In this document: in pieces, positions 11,352-23,107 of the stretch | How the letters are laid out: the number at the start of each line of letters is the position of its first letter | Position numbering within the stretch: the first letter of the stretch is position 1 | Notes under the pieces: model-generated | Told to the model about the DNA's origin: nothing | What the model saw: the letters and a program-made list of their open reading frames with translations, nothing else | Database searches by the model: none | Assembly: GCA_002269645.1 (NCBI GenBank) | Contig: NIVC01001232.1 | Coordinates: 86,238 to 150,237, forward strand | DNA length: 64,000 nt | Reading direction: 5' to 3' | DNA from: Macrostomum lignano | Taxonomy: Eukaryota | Program-made: the position numbers and the translations under genes

Positions 11352-12600
11352 AGAACTTGACTTGACTTGAGCAGGGCTGTTTGGGAAGGGACACAGCGGG
11401 AAGGTGCGAACACCTATTCCGCTAATCTCTGAACGGCCGGCGCGTCGCTATGGACGAAGGGTTGGCGCCGCCCAGGGAGGTCCCCCAGTGTCGCCAGCAG
11501 CTATGGTGCTCTCTGGAAAGGAGAGTTCAGCCCTGCGAGTGGCACGGAGGTAGCGCATGAGCTGATTAAAGTTTTTGGGTTTGCACGCTTCAGTAATAGA
11601 TGTGTACAGGTACATGTATGACCCGAGGTAAGTGAGTCTGGCTCGCGTGAAGGCGAGACAGATGCTGACAAAATGCTCAGCAGTTTCGTCACCTGAGTTG
11701 CAGAAACTACAGTTGGCGTTGGTGGCATTGTCCCGCAGGTACTGGTGCCTGGAGAAGCAGCCGGTACGGCAGCCCGGATGTCTTTTCGCGAGAGGCGCAA
11801 AAAGAACCTCCGAAGCTGTTGAAAGGGCTGGGGAACAGAGGAATAGAGGACCGCATGAGATTGCGGGTAAGTCTTAAGAACGTGGGTATCTTAGCTGCTT
11901 CGCGAAGAAGAACAGGGTAAATACCATCGGGTCCAGGAGATTTGAAAGCCTTGAAAGTTCTGACCGCACGGTCGCATGAAATCCTCAGTAACAATTCCCG
12001 CTGCAATTGGGTGGCTCCATCCATCGAATGATTGTAGGTTCCAATCTGGCAGTGGTGCTCTTCTTCAAGCATCTTCAAGCATTGGGCAGTGGTGCTCTTT
12101 GCAGGGACAAAAACCACGAAAGGTATTGTCGTTTGTTTTACCCTCGTAGCGCGTTTGCGCCCAAGCCGAGCCTCATTTAGAGCTTCGTCGGATCTGCCAG
12201 GTTTGGTGGGTTTCCTCTATAGGCTCAGACCTCACGGTTCCCTTTGATCCACCAGAAGAGCTGGCAGGTCTTTTGGTACCTTGTTTTTGATGGCTCCAAT
12301 TGGATCTACTAGCAGAGCTGACCGGTCCTCCCTTTGCCACAGTTGAGTCAGTCGGCCGGTCGGTCCTTCGGACTGAGGTTGGGCTTGAATGATCCCCGTC
12401 CATAGTTAGAGAAAGCTTATCCATAGTCGGCTTGAAGGCCATTGATAAAGGTTAGTGGGCTATACCCTCAAAGGGGCGCGGTTCCCACCCGGCCGCTCCA
12501 CCTGACCGGGCAGTAGGCGCCAAATTAAAGAACCCACAAGGCTGGCTCGACACCAGGAGGGAGACCGCTCGACCGCTACACTCCCCGGGTGAAATTATAA
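11352..12600 (-). mobile_element. Internally deleted non-LTR retrotransposon (LOA/R1-like)
   Basis: Minus strand: 5'UTR-like start, ORF1-like N-terminus, RT-start motif FKAFKSPGPDGIYPVLLRE, then RLSRKDIRAAV..RHQYL..CSFCNSGDETAEHFVSIC (CCHC knuckle), and a (CAAGT)n tail. Confidence 0.8.
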
Positions 12601-14050
12601 TCCTAGACAGAGGGGGCTATTATAGAATATTATAGGAATCTGCGCCAGAAATTGATTTATTTCCAAAGGTGGGGGGACCAGTCGAGCACCAGATCGCGAA
12701 AGATGCCTCGAGGTTCCACCAATGACCAGTATAACAGAACGTAAAACTCATAGATCCTGTCATTTTTTAAGGCTATAACTTCCTGAAAAATATCAGCGGC
12801 GATAAATATTCATTTTTTCATAAAGAAATCAATGATTCGCGTTTGATCTGATCAGCTCTGGGGATGAGAAGATTATAACATTTCGTTAATTTAGCATGCA
12901 AAATATGTTATACTCTGCTGTATTTTATATAGTTCCATAATGAAAATTTGACTTTCATATTGTTGTATTTCTATTTCAAATATATGAAATATAGAACGCT
13001 GATCAGTTTTGGACGCCCAAAATCGGCATTGCATAAAAATTGTGTCCTAAATACGGGAAAAAATAACTGTACCTGGCATTGATGCACGGATAAGTCACTC
13101 ACCTTCGTATTTTTTCGAACAGTAAGTAGCGCGGTATCTTTGAACTAATGAGTTCATTTTACCAATTCCAGAATCAGAGAATCGATCGGTTTTTGAGCTT
13201 CATATTGCCTGCTCCATTTTCAGAATTGGTTCCAGAACCGTGTTCTGGTTCTAGAATTTGGATCGAGAAAATTTCTGGATCCGTTGTCATGTTTACGCTT
13301 TAACAGTAAAATATATTTGAAATCGTCAATTGCTATATTATTAATCTGTTTTTTTTTGCCATATCCAAGAGTAAACAAAGTCAAGGAAAGACAAATTACA
13401 TGTACATTGTAAAGACTGAAAAACATAAAATGAGTTCGAAGCTTTTCATTTTCCTACCGATTCTGGTTCTGGAATCGGAATTATTCTGGTTCTGGAACTA
13501 ATATTCGTGAAAAGCTTAATATTCTGTACTGCCACATGAAAGAGCTGAAGCAGCCTTTGTGTTGCATAAGACTGCTAATGGACTTTGGTGAGATGCCTGG
13601 GTGTCATATGATGAGGTCTTAAGCTAAAATAATTGCTGGGCTTGAGCAAACAATTCTACTGAGAATCAAACTCTTTTGGTAAACAATTTCAACCATTTAG
13701 ATCCGACTATGAGCGTATGTGTTTATTTTACTCGTGAATAGCATTCTCTGAGCTTTCTAGGAACTCTCGCTTTTCAGCAAATTTAAATTCGCGGCTCACG
13801 TTGGATCAGCTTGTGATCTTTTTCCCAGCGGGGATCGAGTTACACTGATCTTACGATCTTACCAATCTTAACTAGTTAGATCGAATCCAGTGTGAGTGAG
13901 TCAGATCGAAACTGAATAAAGAACTCTGTTAGATCTAATCATCACTCGGCCCTATACTATAGTCTATAGGCATCTATTAGGCCTATAACACTTGTGACGA
14001 GTGACGACCTCTTGCTAAGTTTATTTAGGCCTAGTGAGTAGATTTATCAG

Positions 14051-14333
14051 ATGGATTTTAAACCAGGGACGTGCAGACCTAATTTGTTTGAAAGCAATAT
14101 GTTTGATAGTATAGACTGTCCGCAAAAGCTTGATTGCATTGAGGAGGCTAAAGTTGATGATTCATGGTTCTTTCGACAGCAGTCTGAGTCTGGAGCAGAT
14201 AGTAAAATTAGTTTAGGCCTAACATGCAGTGAGCCATGTCCATCTAATGATTTTCTAACTGACAAACTATCTGTTATTGAAGAGGATACAGTTGTTACTT
14301 CTGCTAAGACAACTGTTTCTGTTTCTCAATCTG
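14051..14333 (+). CDS. Probable upstream coding exon of the TPX2-domain gene (MDFKPGTCRPNLFES..VSVSQS)
   Basis: TTTATCAG|ATG acceptor, 94 open codons, donor G|GTGAGT phase 1 compatible with the 21209 exon; linkage is inferred. Confidence 0.45.
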
Positions 14334-16099
14334 GTGAGTTTAGTATATACAATATATAGCTTTGCCCTTAGACCATTCCATGTGGCATGTTGCCTATATT
14401 TATGCTTATTATGGTCATCACATAGGCTACCACTACCAGTTACTTTAGCAACAAGACATTTTGGTGACAGACACTTTGGTAGCAAGACATTTTGGCAATA
14501 GTCACTTTAGCAACAATATTAGGCCAATTTGGCAAATTTTCCAAATATATCAATTGTAACAAAATAAAGATGCAGCTGCTGCTTGATATTTAAACAGACT
14601 GATTAATATCACTGATTAAATGTCTTGGAGGGTCTTATCACTGATTAAATGTCTTGGAGGGTCTGGGGGGGGGGCTGACAACTATCAACAACTGGGACAT
14701 GGGGAATGGGATTTTAGAGTGGGGAAAATCTTCATGAGGGTTGATTTTATGTACCTAAACTTCAAAAGAGGCATAGGGGTCTATTGAGGATTAGGTAGAT
14801 AAATTTGAAGACTGAGAGGGTCCTAAGGGGAAAATTAAATGAAGCTTAAATTAAAAATTCAACAAGTTATCAAAAACATAACCATGGAGAAAAAAATATA
14901 ATCCTATCAAAACTAGGCCTAATTTATATTAGCAGTTGTAGTTTCCTTCAAAATGGAGACAATGCAGATTAGTAGAAATTAGTATAGGTAAACTAGTAAT
15001 AGGTAAACAAGTAAAAAATGTATAGCTAGTAGTAATCAACAATGAGAGAATGACAGCAAATCAAAAAGCAGGTGGTAAGGGGTGGGTAGCAAACCATGAG
15101 TCAGCGTTTTTTTAAAAACAATAAACTGATATGCCACTCTTGCTGCACCATAACAAATTAAGTAAAGAAAAATTAGAATAGACACAATTTTTTCAGAAAT
15201 AAAACTTAAACCTTCTAAATGTTTATTTAGAATGAATTCATCAAATTTTGGATAATATTTACATTAGAAAGTTATGATTCTAAGAGTTCAATTTTTAAAC
15301 ACACAATTCTCTGAAACTGCTTGGATCAAATTACCATTAGTTACATAAGAGAATGAGATTAACAAATTGAGCTCCTGTTATCTCTAAGGGTAATTTTTTT
15401 GCAGTTTTTTGCTTTATTATCATTTTGGACAGCCTCTAAGACTTTGGCAAAAGTTTCAGAAAAATTAGAAAATTGATTGTATTTCCTATATACTAAAAAT
15501 GGTCTGTCTGTGTCTATGTGATCGATTAGAGAAAAAATGGCTGTACCGATTTTGTTCGAACTTGCACTGTTCGATCAGAAATTTTCCCGTGACTGTACAT
15601 GCATCGTGGCTAAGAAATTTCTTGATGCTAAAGGCATTAAATATTCGAAAAACATGCTTTTTTGCAAAGGTCAAGCAAACTTTTCGACTTGAAATGCATT
15701 GTAAGAATGCTAGAGAAAAAACTGACTGGTTGAATTCTGATTCTGAAATAGATTGCATCATAACTGAATTGTAACTCCGACTTGAATTGAAAATGCAGTG
15801 TGGAAGCGTAGCACCAGACTTGATTTAGATTGCGTAACCATATTGTTAACTGATACTGACTGACTGAGAAACTGATTATGTCATAACTGCTTCGTGTGAT
15901 TTACTCTATGCTTGGATTTTAAAGTGTTGAATTATATAAGTGCAAAATTTGATGTTATCAAAACGATGAGAGCTAGCCTAGAGGTGAACAAACTGAACTG
16001 TTAAATGCAGCGACGATGGTTCGAATTTTCATAGAGTATAATTTTTTAATTAAAGCTTTTCAACGTCAGGAAAACTAAAAGACTTTTTAAAAAGAATCG

Positions 16100-18000
16100 T
16101 CATGTAAAAATCATAGAAGCGTCATGTAAAATATCATAGAAGCGTCATGTAAACAATCATAGAAGCGTCATGTAAAAAATCATAGAAGCGTCATGTAAAC
16201 AATCATAGAAGCGTCATGTAAAAAATCATAGAAGCGTCATGTAAACAATCATAGAAGCGTCATTTAAACAATCATAGAAGCGTCATGTAAACAATCATAG
16301 AAGCGTCATGTAAACAATCATAGAAGCGTCATGTAAACAATCATAGAAGCGTCATGTAAAAAATCATAGAAGCGTCATGTAAACAATCATAAAAGCGTCA
16401 TGTAAAAAATCATAGAAGCGTCATGTAAACAATCATAGAAGCGTCATTTAAACAATCATAGAAGCGTCATGTAAACAATCATAGAAGCGTCATGTAAACA
16501 ATCATAGAAGCGTCATATAAAAATCATAGAAGCGTCATGTAAACAATCATAGAAGCATCATTTAAACAATCATAGAAGCGTCGTGTAAACAATCATAGAA
16601 GCGTCATGTAAAAAATCATAGAAGCGTCATGTAAACAATCATAGAAGCGTCATGAAACAATCATAGAAGCGTCATGTAAAAAATCATAGAAGCGTCATGT
16701 AAAAAGCATAGAAGCGTCATGTAAAAATCATAGAAGCGTCATGTAAACAATCATAGAAGCGTCATGTAAACAATCATAGAAGCGTCATGTAAACAATCAT
16801 AGAAGCGTCATGTAAACAATCATAAAAGCGTCATGTAAAAAATCATAGAAGCGTCATGTAAACAATCATAGAAGCGTCATTTAAACAATCATAGAAGCGT
16901 CATGTAAACAATCATAGAAGCGTCATGTAAACAATCATAGAAGCGTCATATAAAAATCATAGAAGCGTCATGTAAACAATCATAGAAGCGTCATGTAAAC
17001 AATCATAGAAGCGTCATGTAAACAATCATAGAAGCGTCATGTAAACAATCATAGAAGCGTCATGTAAACAATCATAGAAGCGTCATGTAAACAATCATAG
17101 AAGCGTCATGTAAAAAATCATGGAAGCGTCATGTAAACAATCATAGAAGCGTCATGTAAAAATCATAGAAGCGTCATGTAAACAATCATAGAAGCGCCAT
17201 GTAAAAAATCATAGAAGCGTCATGAAACAATCATAGAAGCGTCATGTAAAAAATCATAGAAGCGTCATGTAAAAAGCATAGAAGCGTCATGTAAAAATCA
17301 TAGAAGCGTCGTATAAACAATCATAGAAGCGTCATGTAAACAATCATAGAAGCGTCATGTAAAAAATCATAGAAGCGTCATGTAAACAATCATAGAAGCG
17401 TCATGAAACAATCATAGAAGTGTCATGTAAAAAATCATAGAAGCGTCATGTAAAAAGCATAGAAGCGTCATGTAAAAATCATAGAAGCGTCGTATAAACA
17501 ATCATAGAAGCGTCATGTAAACAATCATAGAAGCGTCATGTAAACAATCATAGAAGCGTCATGTAAACAATCATAGAAGCGTCATGAAACAATCATAGAA
17601 GCGTCATGTAAACAATCATAGAAGCGTCATGTAAAAAGCATAGAAGCGTCATGTAAAAATCATAGAAGCGTCGTATAAACAATCATAGAAGCGTCATGTA
17701 AAAATCATAAAAGCGTCATGTAAAAATCATTGAAGCATCCTGCAGAAATCGTAGAAGCGTCATGAAATAATCATAGAAGCGTCATGTAAAAAATCATAGA
17801 AGCGTCATGAAAACAATCATAGAAGCGTCATGTAAACAATCATAGAAGCGTCATGTAAACAATCATGGAAGCGTTATGTAAAAAAATCATAGAAGCATCA
17901 TGTAAAAAGCATAGAAGCGTCATATAAACAATCATAGAAGCGTCATATAAAAAATCATAGAAGTGTCATGTAAAAATCATAGAAGCGTCATGAAAAAATC
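16100..18000. repeat. ~22 bp minisatellite (AATCATAGAAGCGTCATGTAAAC), decaying at its right end
   Basis: Long tandem array with recurrent variants. Confidence 0.97.
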
Positions 18001-18209
18001 ATAGGAGCCTCATTTAAAAACTAATGAAAGTGTCATTTAAAAAATTAAGAAGCATCATGGTAGAATAAAAGAAGCGTCATGTCAGACATGAAGGGTGTCA
18101 TGTAAAAATTAAATGCAGCTATAATGCTGTGCTGGGGAGAAAAACTGAGACGTAAAGGCTCTCAGAGAATAACTGAGATTACGGGGGGGGGGGTTCTGAG
18201 ATGTCAAAG

Positions 18210-19190
18210 CAAAAGTCAGAAGCTACTTCAAAGTTCATGTACTTTACTCAATTTTTTTATTGCATTATTTGTTGGCTCGCCACGGGGGGGGGGCGCTGAT
18301 AGAAGAAGAGTCATGTAAAAAATAAAAGTAGCACTACGTATACATAAAAGAAAAGTCATGTCGAAGTTAAAAGATTCATTTGGGAATTGCTACGATGTCA
18401 AAGCTTGGTGGAAATCGTTATAGTGCTGTGATTCTTAAAGAAGGAATCACTAAAATGTCAAGGCTTAGGGGAGAAGAATTGCTGAGATTTCAAGGCTTTA
18501 GGTTGGGTTAAAGTTAGGTTTAGGTCAGGTGTGGGTTGAGGGTTATATTTTATCGGATTTCAAGGTTAACAGAATAACAGGGGATTTTTTAGATTTCAAG
18601 GTTTATGGGGCCATCGCTGACATGTTAAGACTTACGGGGGGAATATCTGAGATGTCAAGGTTCACGGGGGTATAAATGAGATTTCAAGGCTAAAGTCAGA
18701 AGCTACATGTAGTTTATTGAAAACTTTTTATTACATTATTTGATGCCTCCTCTGGGGAGGGATCGCTGATAAAAAAGCGTAATGTAAAAAATAAAATAAG
18801 CTTCATGTCGAAGTTAAGAGATTCATTTGGGAATCTCTACGATGTCAAGGCTTGCAGGGAATCGCTATAATGCTGTAGTAGTGCTATAATGACTCTTAGA
18901 GAGAATTACTGAAATTTCAATGCTTTAGGGTTAGGTTAGGGTTAGGGTTAGGGTTAGGGTTAGGCTAGGGTTAGGGTTAGAAGGTTGACAGATATTTTTA
19001 GATTTCCAAGGCTTATTTGGGGCATTGCTGAGATGTCAAGGGGGGAAGTTGATATGTTAAAGCTTGTGGGGGGGGAATTACTGACATGTCAAGGCTTACA
19101 AGGTTTGACAGGAGATTTTTTAAGATTTCAAGGATACATGTAGTTTATTAAAAAAATGTGTATTGCATTTCTTTGGCTCCCCAACGGGGG
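18210..19190. repeat. Degenerate ~470-480 bp tandem duplication
   Basis: aagtcagaagctac..catgtcgaagttaa.agattcatttgggaat..tacgatgtcaa.gctt seen at ~18210-18480 and ~18690-18920. Confidence 0.7.
18925..18980 (+). repeat. Interstitial telomeric-type (TTAGGG)n tract
   Basis: About nine TTAGGG or near-TTAGGG units. Confidence 0.9.
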
Positions 19191-19523
19191 GCGTAGATTG
19201 CTAGTTATTTACCTAAAGTTAAAGATGGCCAAATTTCGATATACATTTATAACAAAAAATAATTAATATATTTATTTAAGCATTAAAACAAGTTAGCATT
19301 TTTGCAGGAATTTAAATTGAATACTCAGTGAAATAATCATGCCACCTCATAAAAGAAGTTTGAATATTTATCAAGTCACAAGGCCAAAGCCAAAGGCATA
19401 TTTTAGTCTTTAAAAGATTAAAGGACTATAAATCTAGTTGATGCTTTAGGCTTTTGTCAAATTTTATCATGTTTTTAAATGCAAAAGTTTTTTACCTAGC
19501 TATAAGACATATGGTTCAATTAT

Positions 19524-19948
19524 AGATTATAGAAAAACTAGATTGGTCACTTAGAACATTCATGTACAAACTATATTCAGTTTAGTTGCAAGTTAAAGAG
19601 AAGCATTTTAATGTATTTTTAAAGCCAAGGCTTGTTTATTAGCTTTTACCCCTATGCTTAAACCCTCAAACTGTGCCTTTCCAAATTACCCCTCACCCCA
19701 CCCCAATTTTTATTTCCTTGCTTAGAATTCCAGCCTAAAGCTGCCATGTACATTTCAGTGGACTGGCTAATATACATTATTGCTGAACCAATTAGCAAGT
19801 TGTTTATGCCTATAAGCTTGGGCTTCTAAACTTAAAAATGTGATTTAAGCTGGCTTCACTTAAAAATAATAGCTTATGTATTCTTTGCTACTGAACTAAA
19901 AGTAGAAGTATGTATGCCTAAGTGGCCCATCTAGTTATTTTAGTATCT
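19524..19948 (-). mobile_element. ~430 bp MITE family, copy 1 (inverted, most diverged)
   Basis: Reverse complement of 20707-21143 and 25592-26031. Confidence 0.85.
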
Positions 19949-20706
19949 ATGGGTCTAACTATTAGTATACATTAGAGATATGGCAATTTTTTGGAATATT
20001 TAGAATCAAATTCAATCAACCAAATATTTGGTTCAAATTGGAATTGCATATTTTAAAGTGGCTCATAAATTAAGGGAAGGAATTTGAGCTAAATAGGAAT
20101 TAGGGAATTAAAGACTAAATATTTTGCATTTAGAGTTAAGTATTAGTGGTTATAGGCTTGACTTATATATGAAAGAAAGAATTAAAGATAGGACAATGCA
20201 TGACACATCTTTAAGAAAGACTGTAGTTTGGCATTTGGTCTAGACATATTTCATTAGACAAAAATGCATGGCTTTGGGTCAATCACAGTTAAAGGAAATA
20301 GAGCTAGATATTAAATACCATGTGCTTCCAGCATTGAGTATAACTAGACATTTCCATGCAAATTTAACCATTGCTATTCATGACTCCACCTAAGTGCTCA
20401 TTTATATGGCAGTTCTAATGTGTTATTATTTTGTCTGCAGCTTGTTAGTCTGCTAGCAGATAAAAACTTCTTCTAGATCATTTTAGTAATTGTTATAGTT
20501 TTGATTTTTAGTATATCTAATTATCTATTAACTCTTTTACAAACTATAAAATATTAATAACCTTGCAATCTAAGCTTTTTAACACTAATAATTTAAAAGC
20601 CAAGTTATAAAATATTAGTTATAGAACTTAACTAAATTTCATCGGGTTTGCAAGAAACTGGTTTGCCAATTTGGCATCTTGGTTGGAATTGCCAGTGTCA
20701 CAGACT

Positions 20707-21143
20707 AGCTCGTAAAATGACTGGATGTTCCACTCAGGCACAAATGCTTAGTAAAACAGCTTTCTTCTTTCAGTTCAGTAGCAAAGAAGAATACATAAGC
20801 TATTTTATAAAAAATACAGCCAGCTGAAACGACTTTGATAAGTTTAGGAGCCCAAGTTTGCAGCGTAAACAGCTTGCTAATTGGTTCAGCAATAATGTAC
20901 ATTGGCCAGTCCACTGAAATGTACATGGCAGCTTTAGGCTGGAATTCCGAGAAAGGCAATAAAAATTGGGGCGGGGCGAGGGGGTAGTGCGGAAAGGCGC
21001 GGTTGGAGGGTTTAAGGGTAAGAGCCAATAAATGAGCCTTGGCTTTAAAAATACATTACAATGCTTCTGTTTAACTTGCTACTGAACTGAAAGTAGCTTG
21101 CACGCAAATGTGCTGAGTGGCCCATCTGGTTATTCTCGTATCT
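20707..21143 (+). mobile_element. ~430 bp MITE family, copy 2
   Basis: Imperfect TIRs (agatactaaaataact.gatgggccactcag / ctgagtggcccatc.ggttatt..gtatct), with inner ttcagttcagtagcaa / ttgctactgaactgaa. Confidence 0.85.
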
Positions 21144-21208
21144 GAGGCCAGTACCGTGTATTAAAGTGAATATTTAAAGACCCAACTGTGCAATTTGCCT
21201 GTCTGTAG

Positions 21209-21534
21209 ATTATGAAAACAGCGAGTCGGCTGCTGGTGGGCCTCGCCTAGCAACCGAGAGCCGCTGCCAGCAGCGCTCAAAATGGGAGACTCTGCGCATC
21301 CAGCGAGAGCGGCATCACGAACAGCTCAGGCAGCAGCGCAAGGACAGCCTGTGCAGGCGAGAGCAGCAGCAGATCCAGCAGCTGCGAGCAGCCTCTGTGC
21401 CCAAGGCGCAGCCAATCCGACACTACAAGCCAATGAGGATCCACCGCAGTGAGAAGCCGCTCACTGTGGCCAAGTCGCCAGATTTTGCACTGAGCAAGCG
21501 GCTCCGGCAGCGGAGCCAGCAGTCTGATGAATGA
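21209..21534 (+). CDS. TPX2: Terminal exon encoding a TPX2 C-terminal domain (microtubule/spindle factor)
   Basis: Manual translation (missed by ORF track): ..LATESRCQQRSKWE..QIQQLRAASVPKAQPIRHYKPMRIHRSEKPLTVAKSPDFA..; matches the TPX2 signature LRxxxVxKAxPIxxY..SxxPLTVPxSPxF; TGTAG acceptor. Confidence 0.8.
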
Positions 21535-22734
21535 ATGCGTTTTCGATCAGCTCACTATCCAGGTATTGCATTGGACATATTTTATATATATGCATAGCCT
21601 AGCTGTGTAAATCATATTTTTGTATTCATTAATAATTGTCTATAGTTTTCTAATCGTGCGTGTTTCCAAATCCAAGGTGCTTTGCTTTTGCAGTTTGTTG
21701 TATCTTTTTTAATTCAACATTTTAATACTTATTAACTGTGCATGCTTATTGTCTGTATGCCAACCGGCACTTAGCAGTTTTAATTAGTTCACACAAATCA
21801 TCACCTCAAATTTTTGAGTTGTAACCAACTAAACAGTTTACCAGTTCGGTTAGTGAAATAAAATAGGCAATTAGATGCAATTTGCATCCCATAATTTGCT
21901 GCTTTTAATCGTGTTGCACCTTTGCATACCAACTTAATTAGTGGAATTAAGATTTCATTGCTTTTATGGCCCGCGCAGTGCAGATCCAGGAGCCACCTGG
22001 CGGAGTGGAGGAAGAAATACTGCGCCTTCAGAAGTGTTTAGTGCGAGCATGTCCTGGGGTACTTACATGTATATTAAATGCTGAGACATCTGGGATTGCG
22101 TAGATTGAGTGCTGGCTTGTCTGAGTGAATTAAAAATAAAATGAGGCGTTTAAAAATGATTAATATTACCTCCGTTATGCATAGTTGGATAAGTGTCAAT
22201 GTATTTCTCATTAATTAATAGTTATACTTTCCAGCTTTTAGAAGAAACTGGAGTGTGAAAAGTCGTAAGAGAAAAGTTTTGGCTTTACGAATAAAAAACG
22301 TACATGATAATTGAATATTAATTAATTACTAGGGCACGCAAAAAATTTCAATATAAAACTTCACTACTATTAGTAGTTTCGATTTGCACAGAAAAATTAG
22401 ATTTTTTAAATATTGAATATGTTATTCTTGAATCAATTCTTATACGGGTAAAAGCATTCTGGGTATCCAAGGTAATACAGTGGCCAGTGCTAAATCAAAG
22501 CTGTTAGTAGCAGTTTATACACACTTTTATAGCAAGGTTCTAAAAGCAGAACAGGTGATATTGTAAATAAGCCTGGCAAACTAAACTTACTGCATCAAAC
22601 ACTGAGTAGCGATGCATTTATGATCGAAGAGATAGGTTATAACGTATTTGATCTGGAATCAATCAAATGAAAGCCTACTAAAAGTAGTACGAGGACGCTA
22701 CTAACTATGGGCAACTGAAGTAGAAGAACGCTAA

Positions 22735-22900
22735 ACTCGATTTTCTTGGAAATGAGCTGATGAGCGCTGAATGGGGTTTTGTCATGACAAATTTGTTCAA
22801 GAAAAATGCGATTTCTATAGAGCATATACTTCTGCACTAGCCATGCAGCAAAAATACGTTCTTTACCTTGGCCTCCAGCTCATTTCTAAAAAAGTTGAGG
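22735..22900. mobile_element. Small TIR element (MITE)
   Basis: ctcgattttcttggaaatgagctg ... cagctcatttctaaaaaagttgag imperfect inverted ends. Confidence 0.55.
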
Positions 22901-23107
22901 TTCCGCATCCTTTTACTTCAGTTGTACGTGGCTGCGACATGTTTTATTAATCTTTTTAAAACTGTTCGCCCAACTTACATATACAGTAGTTAATCGGAAA
23001 TGTGACAAATTTTAGGAAATTTAACAATCCTTGCCACTAATTCTACAGTGGTCCTTGACTGCTGCGTTGATTTTCCATTTAATATCCTTTCAATCATGCC
23101 CTCGCGA

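Noticed and set aside
11189-11413. Minus-strand ORF with a faint SOCS-box-like ending
   Set aside because: Weak similarity; its apparent acceptor lies in the LINE 3' UTR/tail
13160-13490. Imperfect inverted repeats (attccagaatcagagaatcg / cgattctggttctggaat)
   Set aside because: Too degenerate to define termini or a TSD
21960-22050. Short GC-rich minus-strand stretch after a CCCCAG (DMLALNTSEGAVFLPPLRQ..*)
   Set aside because: No supported upstream exon; the nearest candidate donor lies within a MITE
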